Source: an uncultured Actinomycetes bacterium (GTDB lineage: Bacteria; Actinomycetota; Actinomycetes; S36-B12; CAIYMF01). From it: 32,000 nucleotides of DNA. Positions within the stretch are counted from its first letter, which is position 1. Each line of letters starts with the position of its first letter. Below the pieces are notes generated by a model, which saw only the letters and a program-made list of their open reading frames with translations, was not told the DNA's origin and searched no databases. The position numbers and the translations under genes were made by a program. Shown here in pieces: positions 17,087-25,463 of this stretch. Location: NCBI GenBank assembly GCA_963843975.1, contig CAWJMG010000001.1, positions 1,380,001-1,412,000 of the forward strand, written 5' to 3'.

Positions 17087-18097
17087 TCAGGCAGTCTGGG
17101 CGGTATCGGCGTCGTCGTCCGTCACGCAGCAGAAGTTGCGGCGGTACGCCAACGGCGAGGTGCCGCGGATCCGCCCGAAGTGGTGGCGCAGCACGGTGCC
17201 CGAGCCGAAGCCGACCTTCGACGCGATCTCGTCGACGCCGAGGTTCGTGTCCTCGAGCAGGCGGCACGCGGCGTCGACCCGGCGGGAGAGCAGCCATGAG
17301 TACGGCGTGGTGCCCGTCTCCTCGCGGAAGCGTCGCGCGAACGTGCGGGGGCTCATGAGCGCGTGCGCGGCCATGTCGTCGACGCCGATCTCCTCGTCGA
17401 GGTGGCCGAGCATCCAGTCGAGCGTGGGGCCGAGGCCGTCCTCGCTGGTGACCGGGATCGGCAGCGCGACGTACTGCGCCTGGCCGCCGTCGCGGTGCGG
17501 CGGCACGACCATGCGTCGCGCGATGGCGTTGGCCACGCGAGAGCCGTAGTCCTGCCGCACGACGTGCAGGCACAGGTCGATGCCCGCGGCCGTGCCGGCG
17601 CTCGTGAGGATCGGGCCGTCCTCGACGTAGAGGACGTCCGGCTGCACGTCGACGGTCGGGTAGCGCCGCGCGAAGTCCTCGACGTAGCGCCAGTGCGTGG
17701 TGGCCTTGCGGCCCTCGAGCAGGCCGGCCGCCGCTGCGACGTACGAGCCGGAGCACACGGTGAGGATCCGGGCGCCGCGCGCCACCGCGGCCTGCAGTGC
17801 CTCGACGACGTCGGGCGCGAGCACGAGATCGACCTCGGGCTCCTTGTCGAGGCCGAGCGCGGGGATGCAGATGATGTCGGCCGTTGCGACGCGGTCGAGC
17901 CGGTGCTCCGGGAGCAGGTCCATCCCGCCGTACGACGCGTGGACGCGCTCGTGCACCGAGGCGACGGCGAAGTCGAACGCGGGCACGCCGTCGCCGGTGC
18001 GGTCGACGCCGAACACCTCGTAGACGACGCCGAGCTCGAACGGTGCGTAGGTCGAGCCGACGAGCAGCGCGACGACGTCACGGGCGGGTGCGGGCAT
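17087..18097 (-). CDS. GlxA-family transcriptional regulator (DJ-1/PfpI-like domain plus AraC HTH)
   Basis: 336 aa. The N-terminal GATase1-like fold has LTVCSGSYVAAAAGLL. The C-terminal AraC-type double HTH reads ...MSPRTFARRFREETGTTPYSWLL...IASKVGFGSGTVLRHHFGRIRGTSPLAYRR. Confidence 0.88.
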   Translation of the reverse strand: MPAPARDVVALLVGSTYAPFELGVVYEVFGVDRTGDGVPAFDFAVASVHERVHASYGGMDLLPEHRLDRVATADIICIPALGLDKEPEVDLVLAPDVVEALQAAVARGARILTVCSGSYVAAAAGLLEGRKATTHWRYVEDFARRYPTVDVQPDVLYVEDGPILTSAGTAAGIDLCLHVVRQDYGSRVANAIARRMVVPPHRDGGQAQYVALPIPVTSEDGLGPTLDWMLGHLDEEIGVDDMAAHALMSPRTFARRFREETGTTPYSWLLSRRVDAACRLLEDTNLGVDEIASKVGFGSGTVLRHHFGRIRGTSPLAYRRNFCCVTDDDADTAQTA

Positions 18098-18192
18098 GGC
18101 AGGAGCATGCCAGGACTGTTGGCAGCATGTCTACGGGGTATGTCTATCCTGCCACTCGCGGGCAGGATCTACGTGCAGGCAGGATTTCTGCC

Positions 18193-18360
18193 ATGACCAC
18201 CACTGCATTCCTCCTCCTGCTGCTCGCGGCCACCGTTCTCGTCGTGGTCGCCGTCGTCCGGGCCGTGCGCCAGGACCCCGCCCGTGCCATCCCCTGCTCG
18301 CACTGCGACACGTTCTCCCCGCGCTGGGCCGGCGGGTCGACCAGCCGCTGGTCGGTCTAG
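18193..18360 (+). CDS. Candidate 55-aa small membrane protein with a CSHC motif
   Basis: MTTTAFLLLLLAATVLVVVAVVRAVRQDPARAIPCSHCDTFSPRWAGGSTSRWSV has high GC3, and AGGA lies 8 nt upstream of the ATG. It is divergent from the GlxA-family gene and upstream of the methyltransferase. Confidence 0.35.
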   Translation: MTTTAFLLLLLAATVLVVVAVVRAVRQDPARAIPCSHCDTFSPRWAGGSTSRWSV

Positions 18361-18467
18361 CCACTGGCCCAGCAATGGTCTGCCCGCCTCCTCAGGGGCG
18401 GGCGGACCTGTGTCCGGGGGCCGTTCGGCCGAGATGCCGGACGCCGCATCGGTGGGACGCTCGCGGG

Positions 18468-19307
18468 ATGACCGGCGACGAGATCGGCTCCGAGCGCTCA
18501 CGGCAAGTGGGCCGACTGTTCGACGCGCTCGCGGCCACCTATGACGCCGTGGGCGTGGACTTCTTCGGCCCGATCGCCGCGGGGCTGCTCGCGGCCATGC
18601 CGCCGGTGCCCGGCGAGCGATGGCTCGACATCGGCGTGGGCCGCGGAGCCGTCCTCCTGCCCGCTGCTGCCGTCATCGGCCACGACGGGCGCTCGGTCGG
18701 CACCGACATCTCCGCGGGGATGGTCGCCGCCTGTCGCGACGTCGCCGAGGCAGCGGGCCTCCCGTTCGTCGAGCTCGTGCAGGATGACGCCCAGGCCCCG
18801 GCCGTGACCGGGCCGTTCGACACCGTGTCGTCCTCGCTCGTCCTGTTCTTCCTCGCAGATCCCGCGGCGGCGCTGAGGGGATGGCTGCCGCTGCTCGCCT
18901 CGGGCGGGCGGATCGGCGTCACGACGTTCGGCGCGAACGACCCGCGCTGGGACGCCGTCGACGACGTGTTCACGCCGTACCTCCCGCCCGACCTCCGCGA
19001 CGCACGCACGACGGGGGCCGCCGGTCCGTTCGGCTCCGACGCCGGCATGGAGGCGCTGCTCGCGTCGGCGGGCTACGTCGACGTGCGGACCGTGACCGAC
19101 CGGGTGCCGGTGCGGTTCGCCGACGCCGACCAGTGGCACGCGTTCACGTGGTCCGTCGGCCAGCGGCGGATGTGGATGAGCGTGCCGGAGGCCGAGCGCG
19201 AGAGCGTGCGCGCGGCGGCCTACGAGCGGCTCACCGAGCACACCGACGCCGACGGCTCGATCACGTTCGTGCAGGGAGTGCGCCACACGTTGGCCCGCCG
19301 GCCCTGA
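18468..19307 (+). CDS. Class I SAM-dependent methyltransferase
   Basis: ORF 18096..19307 trimmed to ATG 18468 (MTGDEIGSERSRQVGRLFDALAATYD...). SAM motif I is WLDIGVGRGAVLL, and the acidic loop and post-I motifs are present. The upstream part of the long ORF is Arg/Pro-rich junk. Confidence 0.85.
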   Translation: MTGDEIGSERSRQVGRLFDALAATYDAVGVDFFGPIAAGLLAAMPPVPGERWLDIGVGRGAVLLPAAAVIGHDGRSVGTDISAGMVAACRDVAEAAGLPFVELVQDDAQAPAVTGPFDTVSSSLVLFFLADPAAALRGWLPLLASGGRIGVTTFGANDPRWDAVDDVFTPYLPPDLRDARTTGAAGPFGSDAGMEALLASAGYVDVRTVTDRVPVRFADADQWHAFTWSVGQRRMWMSVPEAERESVRAAAYERLTEHTDADGSITFVQGVRHTLARRP

Positions 19308-19313
19308 CCGGGC

Positions 19314-19931
19314 TCAGCGCGAGGCACGCCTCGGGCCGACCACCCGCGCCGCGAGGAACATGTCCACGGCGTCGTCGGTGAGCCGGCGCCAGCGAGTGCC
19401 GCCGGGGTCGTTGCTGATCTGCTGCGAGGCCAGACCGGTGAGCAGCGCCGTCCACAGATCGAGGTCCTGCCGGCGCACCGCGCCCGCGGACACCAGCACC
19501 TCGCGCGCGCGGTCGAGCATCTCCTCGGCCCCGGCGTACGAGGGTGCCGACGGCTCGAACCCGGGGATCGTGCGCAGGAACAGCAGCTGGTAGCGCGCGG
19601 CGTCTGCGGCGCAGAAGTCCACGAAGAAGTGCGCGATCCGCCGCAGGAGGTCCGCGTGATCGCCCGAGGCGTCGAGCTCGGCGGCCGCGTCGGCCAGCTG
19701 CCGGTTGCCGTCGGCGAACAGCGCGTCGTAGACGTCGTTCTTACTGGCGAAGTAGACGTAGAGGGAGGGTGCGCGCATGCCGACGCCGTCGGCGAGGTCC
19801 TTCAGGGTCCATCCGGTCAGCCCCCGCTCGGCGGCGAGCCGCCAGGCGACGTCGAGCACCTCGCGCCGCGTGGCGAGGTGCCGTTCCGCCTTGCGATCCC
19901 GTCCGTCCCGGACCCGTTCCTCCGCGGTCAC
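19314..19931 (-). CDS. TetR/AcrR family transcriptional regulator
   Basis: 205 aa with a GTG start. The N-terminal HTH is TLKDLADGVGMRAPSLYVYFASKNDVY. Confidence 0.9.
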   Translation of the reverse strand: MTAEERVRDGRDRKAERHLATRREVLDVAWRLAAERGLTGWTLKDLADGVGMRAPSLYVYFASKNDVYDALFADGNRQLADAAAELDASGDHADLLRRIAHFFVDFCAADAARYQLLFLRTIPGFEPSAPSYAGAEEMLDRAREVLVSAGAVRRQDLDLWTALLTGLASQQISNDPGGTRWRRLTDDAVDMFLAARVVGPRRASR

Positions 19932-19995
19932 CTAACGATCTTAGGCAAACCTCTTGACGTGAGGCAATGGTGGAGATCACCCTAACGTCGTTAGG
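19931..19995. promoter_or_regulatory. Divergent control region with two related palindromic operators and a candidate leaderless tetR promoter
   Basis: CCTAA-N5-TTAGG lies at 19931-19945 and overlaps the GTG start. The perfect 7-1-7 palindrome CCTAACG-T-CGTTAGG lies at 19981-19995. The minus strand reads TTGCCT-18-TAAGAT-CGTTAG-GTG, with the -10 as complement of 19938-19943 and the -35 as complement of 19962-19967. Confidence 0.5.
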
Positions 19996-20022
19996 AAAAC
20001 CGCGGACCCTCCGGGAGGCGCC

Positions 20023-20760
20023 ATGACCAGGACGACCGACGAGGCGGTGCTCGTCGATCACGCCACCTGGATGAGCCTCGCGACGACCGAGTACGCGCGC
20101 CTGCTCGACCCGCTCGGCGGTCTCGGCCCCGCCGAGTGGGAGCGGCCGACCGACTGCACCGAGTGGGACGTGCGGGCGATGGTCGCCCACCTGGTCGGGG
20201 CTGCCGAGGGGAACGCCCGCATCCGCGAGGCGGTCCGGCAGGCAGCCGTCGGACGCCGCCGCTTCCCGCGGCCGATGCTCGTCGACTCGATCAACTGCGT
20301 GCAGGTGGCCGACCGCGCGGACCACGCCCCGTCCCGCCTTCTGGCGGACCTCGCGGACGCCGGGCGGCGCGGCGTGGCCGCGCGGAGCCGGATCCCCGGA
20401 GTCGTCCGGGCCGTGGTGGTGCCGATCGGACCACCGCTGGGCACCAAGCCCGTGGGCTACCTGATGGACCGCATCTACACGCGCGACGCGTGGATGCACC
20501 GGATCGACATCGCGCGCGCCACGGGACGACAGCTCGCGGTCACCCCGGAGCACGACGGGCTCCTCGTGGCCGATCTCGTCTCAGAGTGGGCAACGCTGCA
20601 CGACGCGGACTTCGACCTCCTCCTCACCGGGCCGGCCGGGCTCCGCCGCAGCCGAGGCACGGCGGGGGAGCGGATCGAGATCGACGCGATCGAGTTCGCC
20701 CGTGCCCTGGCCGGGCGGACGTCCGGCGCCGGACTCCTCGGCGTCGCCGTCCCGTTCTGA
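20023..20760 (+). CDS. Maleylpyruvate-isomerase-family mycothiol-dependent enzyme (DinB-like, TIGR03083-type)
   Basis: 245 aa with PTDCTEWDVRAMVAHLVGA and YTRDAWMHRIDIARATG, the His/Asp metal-site contexts of the family. Confidence 0.78.
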   Translation: MTRTTDEAVLVDHATWMSLATTEYARLLDPLGGLGPAEWERPTDCTEWDVRAMVAHLVGAAEGNARIREAVRQAAVGRRRFPRPMLVDSINCVQVADRADHAPSRLLADLADAGRRGVAARSRIPGVVRAVVVPIGPPLGTKPVGYLMDRIYTRDAWMHRIDIARATGRQLAVTPEHDGLLVADLVSEWATLHDADFDLLLTGPAGLRRSRGTAGERIEIDAIEFARALAGRTSGAGLLGVAVPF

Positions 20761-20897
20761 CCGGGCGGCGGAAGGACGGCCACCGACGTCGCGGCGACCG
20801 GTGAACGGCCGTCCCGATGCCCAGCGGGTGCGAGGGCGCCGCGGGACGAGACGTAGGTGCCGGCCCCTCGACGAGGGAACACGCGGGGCGAGGATGG

Positions 20898-20913
20898 GGT
20901 TGACGGTTCAACC
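20898..20913 (+). promoter_or_regulatory. Palindrome GGTTGA-CGGT-TCAACC upstream of the second MDMPI-family gene (candidate operator)
   Basis: It has 6-bp perfect arms and lies 24 nt upstream of ATG 20938. It shares TTGA-N4-TCAAC and the 8-mer GGTTCAAC with the MarR/DoxX operator at 28909-28920. Confidence 0.4.
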
Positions 20914-20937
20914 ACGATCCCGACCGGAAGGCCTCCC

Positions 20938-21723
20938 ATGACCGAGCCCACGTACGTCGACTGGATCCATGCCGCGCGCGCTTCGCACGAGCGGCTGTCC
21001 GGGATCGCCGCAGGTCTGACCGAGGACCAGCTCGTCGCGCAGTCGTACGACACGGAGTGGACGGTCGCCCAGGTGCTCTCGCACATCGGCAGCGGCGCCG
21101 AGATCTTCGGGCTCATCCTCGACGCGTCCCTGGCCGGCGCGGAGGCTCCCGGCGGCGAGCAGTTCCAGGCTGTCTGGGCTGAGTGGAACGCCAAGTCGTC
21201 CGTCGCGATGCGCGACGACGCGATCGCGTCCAACACGTCGCTCGTCGACAAGCTGGAGGCCGTCACCCCCGAGCAGGCCGAGTCGGTGCTGTTCTCCTTC
21301 GGCCCGTTCTCGCTCGACCTCGCCGGTTTCGTGCGCATGCGTCTCAGCGAGCACGCGCTGCACACCTGGGACGTCGCGGTCTTCGTCGACCCCGAGGCCG
21401 CCGTGGCGCAGGACGCCGTGGCCCTGCTCCTCCCTGGCCTCGGCCAGATGGCAGGACGCGCCGGCAAGGCGGCCGACCCCGCGTTCTCGGTTCGGCTCGC
21501 GACGACCGACGGTCTCGGCGCCTGGGCGGTGCAGGCCAGCGAGTCCGCTGCGTTCGGCCCGGCCGACGACTCAGCGTCGTACGACGGGGAGGTGGCCCTG
21601 CCCGGCGAGGCGCTCCTGCGCCTCATCGCGGGTCGCCTCGACCCAGACCACACACCGGCCGGCGTCACCGAGTCGGGCGCCCGCGGCCTGGCCGACCTCC
21701 GCCAGGTCTTCCCCGGCTTCTGA
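20938..21723 (+). CDS. Maleylpyruvate-isomerase-family mycothiol-dependent enzyme (DinB-like N-domain plus MDMPI_C/SCP2-like C-domain)
   Basis: ORF 20857..21723 trimmed to ATG 20938, with GGAAGG 6 nt upstream. Family contexts are EWTVAQVLSHIGSG and RMRLSEHALHTWDV. Confidence 0.75.
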   Translation: MTEPTYVDWIHAARASHERLSGIAAGLTEDQLVAQSYDTEWTVAQVLSHIGSGAEIFGLILDASLAGAEAPGGEQFQAVWAEWNAKSSVAMRDDAIASNTSLVDKLEAVTPEQAESVLFSFGPFSLDLAGFVRMRLSEHALHTWDVAVFVDPEAAVAQDAVALLLPGLGQMAGRAGKAADPAFSVRLATTDGLGAWAVQASESAAFGPADDSASYDGEVALPGEALLRLIAGRLDPDHTPAGVTESGARGLADLRQVFPGF

Positions 21724-21799
21724 CCTCGATCTGGATGCGTGAGAGTCCGGTATCCAGGCCGATCAGCCATCCAGAACGGGTCCGGCTAGGTTCGACGGC

Positions 21800-23021
21800 G
21801 TGAGCTCACAGCGGGTGGTCGTCGTCGGGGCTGGGCTCGGCGGGCTGCGGGCGGCCGAGGGGCTGCGCGCTGCCGGGTACGCCGACGAGATCGTGGTCGT
21901 CGGCGACGAGCCGCACGCGCCGTACAACCGGCCGCCTCTGTCCAAGGAGGCCCTGGCCGACGAGATCGCGCACGACCGGCTCGAGTTCCGCCGGCGTCCG
22001 TCCGTGGACGACGTGGTGTGGCGCCTCGGCGAGAGCGTCGAGGCGGTCGACGTCGACGCCCGCACGGTCTCGGTCGGCGGCGAGACGTCGGCGTGGGATG
22101 CGCTGGTGCTCGCGACCGGTGTGAGCGCCCGCCGGATCCGCGTGCCCGGCCCGCCCGCCACCGCCGCGGCCGGGCGTCACGTGGTGCGCACCCTCGACGA
22201 TGCGGTCGCGCTGCGCGAGGCGCTCACGCCCGGGGCGCGCGTCGTCGTTCTCGGGGCCGGGTTCATCGGCTGCGAGGTCGCCGCCTCCGCGGTGGCGCTC
22301 GGTTGCTCGGTCCGGTGCGTGGCGCTCGACGCCGTGCCCATGATCCGGCCGCTCGGGCCGGTGCTCGGGGGCGAAGCTGCAGCGTCGGCACGAGGCGCAC
22401 GGCGTCGAGTTCCACCTGGGCGTCGGAGTCACGGAGATCGCGGGGGCCGACCGTGTGACGGGCGTCGTTCTCTCCGACGGCACGGAGCTCGAGGCCGACG
22501 TGCTCGTCGAGGCCCTGGGCTCGGTCTGCAACGTCGGGCTGCTCGAGGGGCAGGGATTCGACCTCTCCGACGGCGTGCTCGCCGACACCGCGCTGCGCCC
22601 GCTGCGCTCTGGCGTCCCGGTCGACGGCATGGCAGTGGTCGGCGACATCGCGCGCTTCCCCCACCTGCGCTTCGAGGACCCCGCGCACCGCGTCGAGCAC
22701 TGGAGCATCCCGACCGACACCGGCAAGCGTGCTGGTGCCGTGCTGGCGGCGTTCCTCGCAGGCGAGGGGTACGACGACGTGGTCGCCGCCGAGTGGGACG
22801 TGCTGCCGTCGTTCTGGTCGGACCAGTACGACATCCGGATGCAGTCATATGGCATGCCCGGGCTCGCGGACGCCGACGGGATCCGGCTGCTCGAGGGCGA
22901 CCTCGCCGACGAGTGCATCGTGGGCTACCACCGGGGCGACGACCTGGTGGGCGTCGTCGGCCTCGGAATGCTGCGGACGCTCATCGGCTACCGCCCCCGC
23001 CTCGGCCGCGGCCGCGCCTGA
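21800..23021 (+). pseudogene. FAD-dependent pyridine-nucleotide-disulfide oxidoreductase (ferredoxin/rubredoxin reductase type), frame broken in a G5 run at 22367-22371
   Basis: The N-terminal part is VSSQRVVVVGAGLGGLRAAEGL... (GxGxxG), then VVVLGAGFIGCEVA (second Rossmann fold), ending ...PLGPVLG. The frame-0 continuation is AKLQRRHEAHGVEFHLGVGVTEIAG...VVGDIARFP...EHWS...FWSDQYD. The length of 1222 nt equals 3n+1. The original frame continues as Arg-rich nonsense to 23065. Confidence 0.85.
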
Positions 23022-23069
23022 CCCACCAACGCCCTTGCGCTCAGGGCGCTGCGGCAGGACGTTAGAGGC

Positions 23070-24074
23070 ATGGCATCACTGCAGGCAGCCCTCGACGACG
23101 AGGCCGCGAGGACGCGCTTCTCCGGTGTCGTCCGCGTGGACCGCGGCAGCGACATCGAGGTGGCCTCGGCCTACGGGCTCGCCGACCGCGCCCACGGGGT
23201 CGCGATGACGGCGGACCACCAGGTGGGGACCGCGAGCCTGACGAAGGGCTTCACGGCGCTGACGGTGATGGGCCTGGTGGCCGACGGGGCGCTCGCGCTG
23301 GCCACCCCGGCCCGCTCGGTGCTCGGCACGGATCTGCCGCTCATCGACGACGGGGTCACGGTCGAGCACCTGCTCAGCCACACGTCCGGCATCGGCGACT
23401 ACCTCGACGAATCACTGCTGGAGTCCAGCGACGACTACATCATGCCGGTCCCGGTGCACCGGCTCGCGACCAGCGACGACTACCTGGCGATCCTCGACGG
23501 GCACCCCATGGTCTCGGCGCCGGGCAGCACGTTCGTCTACAACAACGGCGCCTTCGTCGTCCTCGCTGTCATCGCCGAGCGCGTCGCAGGTGTGCCCTTC
23601 GCCGACCTCGTGGCCGAGCGGGTCTGGGCCCCAGCCGGCATGACGGGCACGGCCTTCCTGCGCATGGACGAGCTGCCGGGCACCGCCGCCCGCGGCTACC
23701 TCGGCACCGACGGTCTGCGCACCAACGTGCTGCACCTGCCCGTGCGCGGCAACGGTGACGGCGGCGCCTACACGACCGTGGCCGACCTGGCCGCCTTCTG
23801 GCCGGCGTTCCTGGCCGGGCGCATCGTCCCCGAGCTGTGGGTGGCGCAGATGCTCGTGCCGCGGCACCTGCCGACCGACGACTCCGTCGGCTGCGGCCTC
23901 GGGGTGTGGCTGCACGCGACCGGTGTCCTCCAGCTGCACGGGTACGACGCCGGGGTGTCGATCCGGTCGATGCACGACCCGGTCTCCTCGACGACGTGGA
24001 CGGTTGCCTCCACCACCAGCAGCGGCTCCTACCCCCTCGAGCGCGTCCTCCTGGCCGATCTGCCCCGTCGGTGA
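23070..24074 (+). CDS. Serine hydrolase, beta-lactamase (class C / esterase) family
   Basis: 334 aa. The S-x-x-K motif is in GTASLTKGF and the Y-x-N motif in FVYNNGAF. Confidence 0.85.
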   Translation: MASLQAALDDEAARTRFSGVVRVDRGSDIEVASAYGLADRAHGVAMTADHQVGTASLTKGFTALTVMGLVADGALALATPARSVLGTDLPLIDDGVTVEHLLSHTSGIGDYLDESLLESSDDYIMPVPVHRLATSDDYLAILDGHPMVSAPGSTFVYNNGAFVVLAVIAERVAGVPFADLVAERVWAPAGMTGTAFLRMDELPGTAARGYLGTDGLRTNVLHLPVRGNGDGGAYTTVADLAAFWPAFLAGRIVPELWVAQMLVPRHLPTDDSVGCGLGVWLHATGVLQLHGYDAGVSIRSMHDPVSSTTWTVASTTSSGSYPLERVLLADLPRR

Positions 24075-24110
24075 CGCCCGCTGGCGCCGCGGGGAGGGAC
24101 CCCCAGACCC

Positions 24111-24158
24111 TTGACGGGTCACCCGCCCGCCACTAGCGTCCCGTTCGGACCCAAACGA
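24111..24158 (+). promoter_or_regulatory. Candidate P450-operon promoter TTGACG-17-TAGCGT followed by the operator-like site CGTTCGGACCCAAACGA
   Basis: The -35 is at 24111-24116 and the -10 at 24134-24139, with a 17-nt spacer. The operator-like site at 24142-24158 lies over the expected transcription start. GAGGAG lies 5 nt before ATG 24199. Confidence 0.45.
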
Positions 24159-24198
24159 TTTCCCGCGACCGTGCCGCCGGACCACCCGAGGAGCCCTC

Positions 24199-25461
24199 AT
24201 GCAGCCGACCCCCGTGCCCCTGGACCAGGTCGACCTCGCCGACCTCGACGTGTTCGAGAAGAACGAGGCGTGGGGCATGTTCGACACGCTCCGCCGCGAG
24301 GCCCCCGTGCACTGGAACCCCGAGCACGACGGCGGCTCCGGTTTCTGGTCGATCACCCGGTACGACGACATCGAGATGATCGACAAGGACCCCGAGACCT
24401 TCACCTCGATGAAGTTCACCAACCTCGAGGAGCCCCCGGCCGAGTTCCAGGAGCTGCGCCGCTCGATCCTCGAGACCGACGGTCCGCGGCACATGTCGCT
24501 GCGCAAGCTCCTCATGCGCGACTTCAACCCGGCCCAGCTGCGCCGCTACGAGGACTTCCTGCGCGGCCTCGCCGCCCTCACCGTCGAGACGGCGCTGCAG
24601 CATGAGGAGATGGACTTCGTCGACGCCATCGCCGCCGACTACCCGATCGCGGTGCTCGCCCGCCTCCTCGACACCCCCGAGGAGATGACGCCGCAGCTCA
24701 TCTCGTGGGGCAACGAGATCGTCGGCTTCTCCGACCCCGAGTTCGCGCGCGTGCTCGTCAACAGCGAGGAGGCGGAGAAGTACCGCCACCTCCCGTTCAG
24801 CTCGCCGGTGTCGCAGGAGATCTTCGAGTACGGCCGCAAGCTCGCCGCCGAGCGCAAGGGCGGCGACGGCGAGGACCTCGTCAGCAAGCTCGTGAACCGC
24901 ATCCCCGAGGACGGCATCCCGCTGTCGAACGAGCACTTCGACAACTACTTCCTGCTGCTCGTCGTCGCGGGGAACGAGACCACGCGTCAGGCGATCAGCC
25001 ACTCGATGAAAGCTCTGATCGACAACCCCGACCAGATGCAGTGGCTGCTCGACAACCCGGACAAGTACCCGCAGGCGATCGAGGAGCTTCTGCGCTGGGC
25101 CTCGCCGGTCTACCACTTCCGTCGTACGGCGACCAAGGACGTCGAGCTCCACGGGAAGACCATCAAGGAGGGCGACAAGGTCGTCATGTGGTTCGCCTCG
25201 GGCAACCGCGACGAGACCAAGTTCGATGACCCGTACCGCCTCGACCTCAGCCGCTTCCCCAACGACCACATGACCTTCGGCAAGGGCCCGCACACCTGCA
25301 TGGGCTCGAACCTCGCCCGGTTCGAGATGCGGATCATCTTCGAGACGCTCCTGCCGCGCCTCGTCTCGATCTCGCAGACCGGTGACATCCGCCGGGTGCG
25401 CAGCAACTTCGTCAACGGCATCAAGGGTTTCCCGGTGCGCATCGAGTCGAAGCAGGGCTGA
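24199..25461 (+). CDS. Cytochrome P450 monooxygenase
   Basis: 420 aa. The I-helix is VVAGNETTRQ, the EXXR motif is in EELLRW, and the haem-thiolate loop is FGKGPHTCMGSNLARFE. The AGNETTR I-helix resembles the CYP125-type subgroup, but I cannot assign a family without an alignment. Confidence 0.95.
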   Translation: MQPTPVPLDQVDLADLDVFEKNEAWGMFDTLRREAPVHWNPEHDGGSGFWSITRYDDIEMIDKDPETFTSMKFTNLEEPPAEFQELRRSILETDGPRHMSLRKLLMRDFNPAQLRRYEDFLRGLAALTVETALQHEEMDFVDAIAADYPIAVLARLLDTPEEMTPQLISWGNEIVGFSDPEFARVLVNSEEAEKYRHLPFSSPVSQEIFEYGRKLAAERKGGDGEDLVSKLVNRIPEDGIPLSNEHFDNYFLLLVVAGNETTRQAISHSMKALIDNPDQMQWLLDNPDKYPQAIEELLRWASPVYHFRRTATKDVELHGKTIKEGDKVVMWFASGNRDETKFDDPYRLDLSRFPNDHMTFGKGPHTCMGSNLARFEMRIIFETLLPRLVSISQTGDIRRVRSNFVNGIKGFPVRIESKQG

Positions 25462-25463
25462 GG

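Noticed and set aside
19954-19959. TTGACG was considered as the -35 element for the plus-strand MDMPI-family gene at 20023.
   Set aside because: No acceptable -10 hexamer lies at 16-19 nt spacing (TCACCC/CACCCT), so I do not call a plus-strand promoter here.
3584-23063. The hexamer CGTTAG/CTAACG recurs at 3584, 9739, 9750, 19932, 19982, 19989 and 23058. This suggested a shared regulator between the marR-MFS and tetR loci.
   Set aside because: A rough composition-based estimate gives several chance occurrences of such a hexamer in 32 kb on two strands. The half-sites are also arranged differently (everted versus inverted, different spacers) at the two loci.
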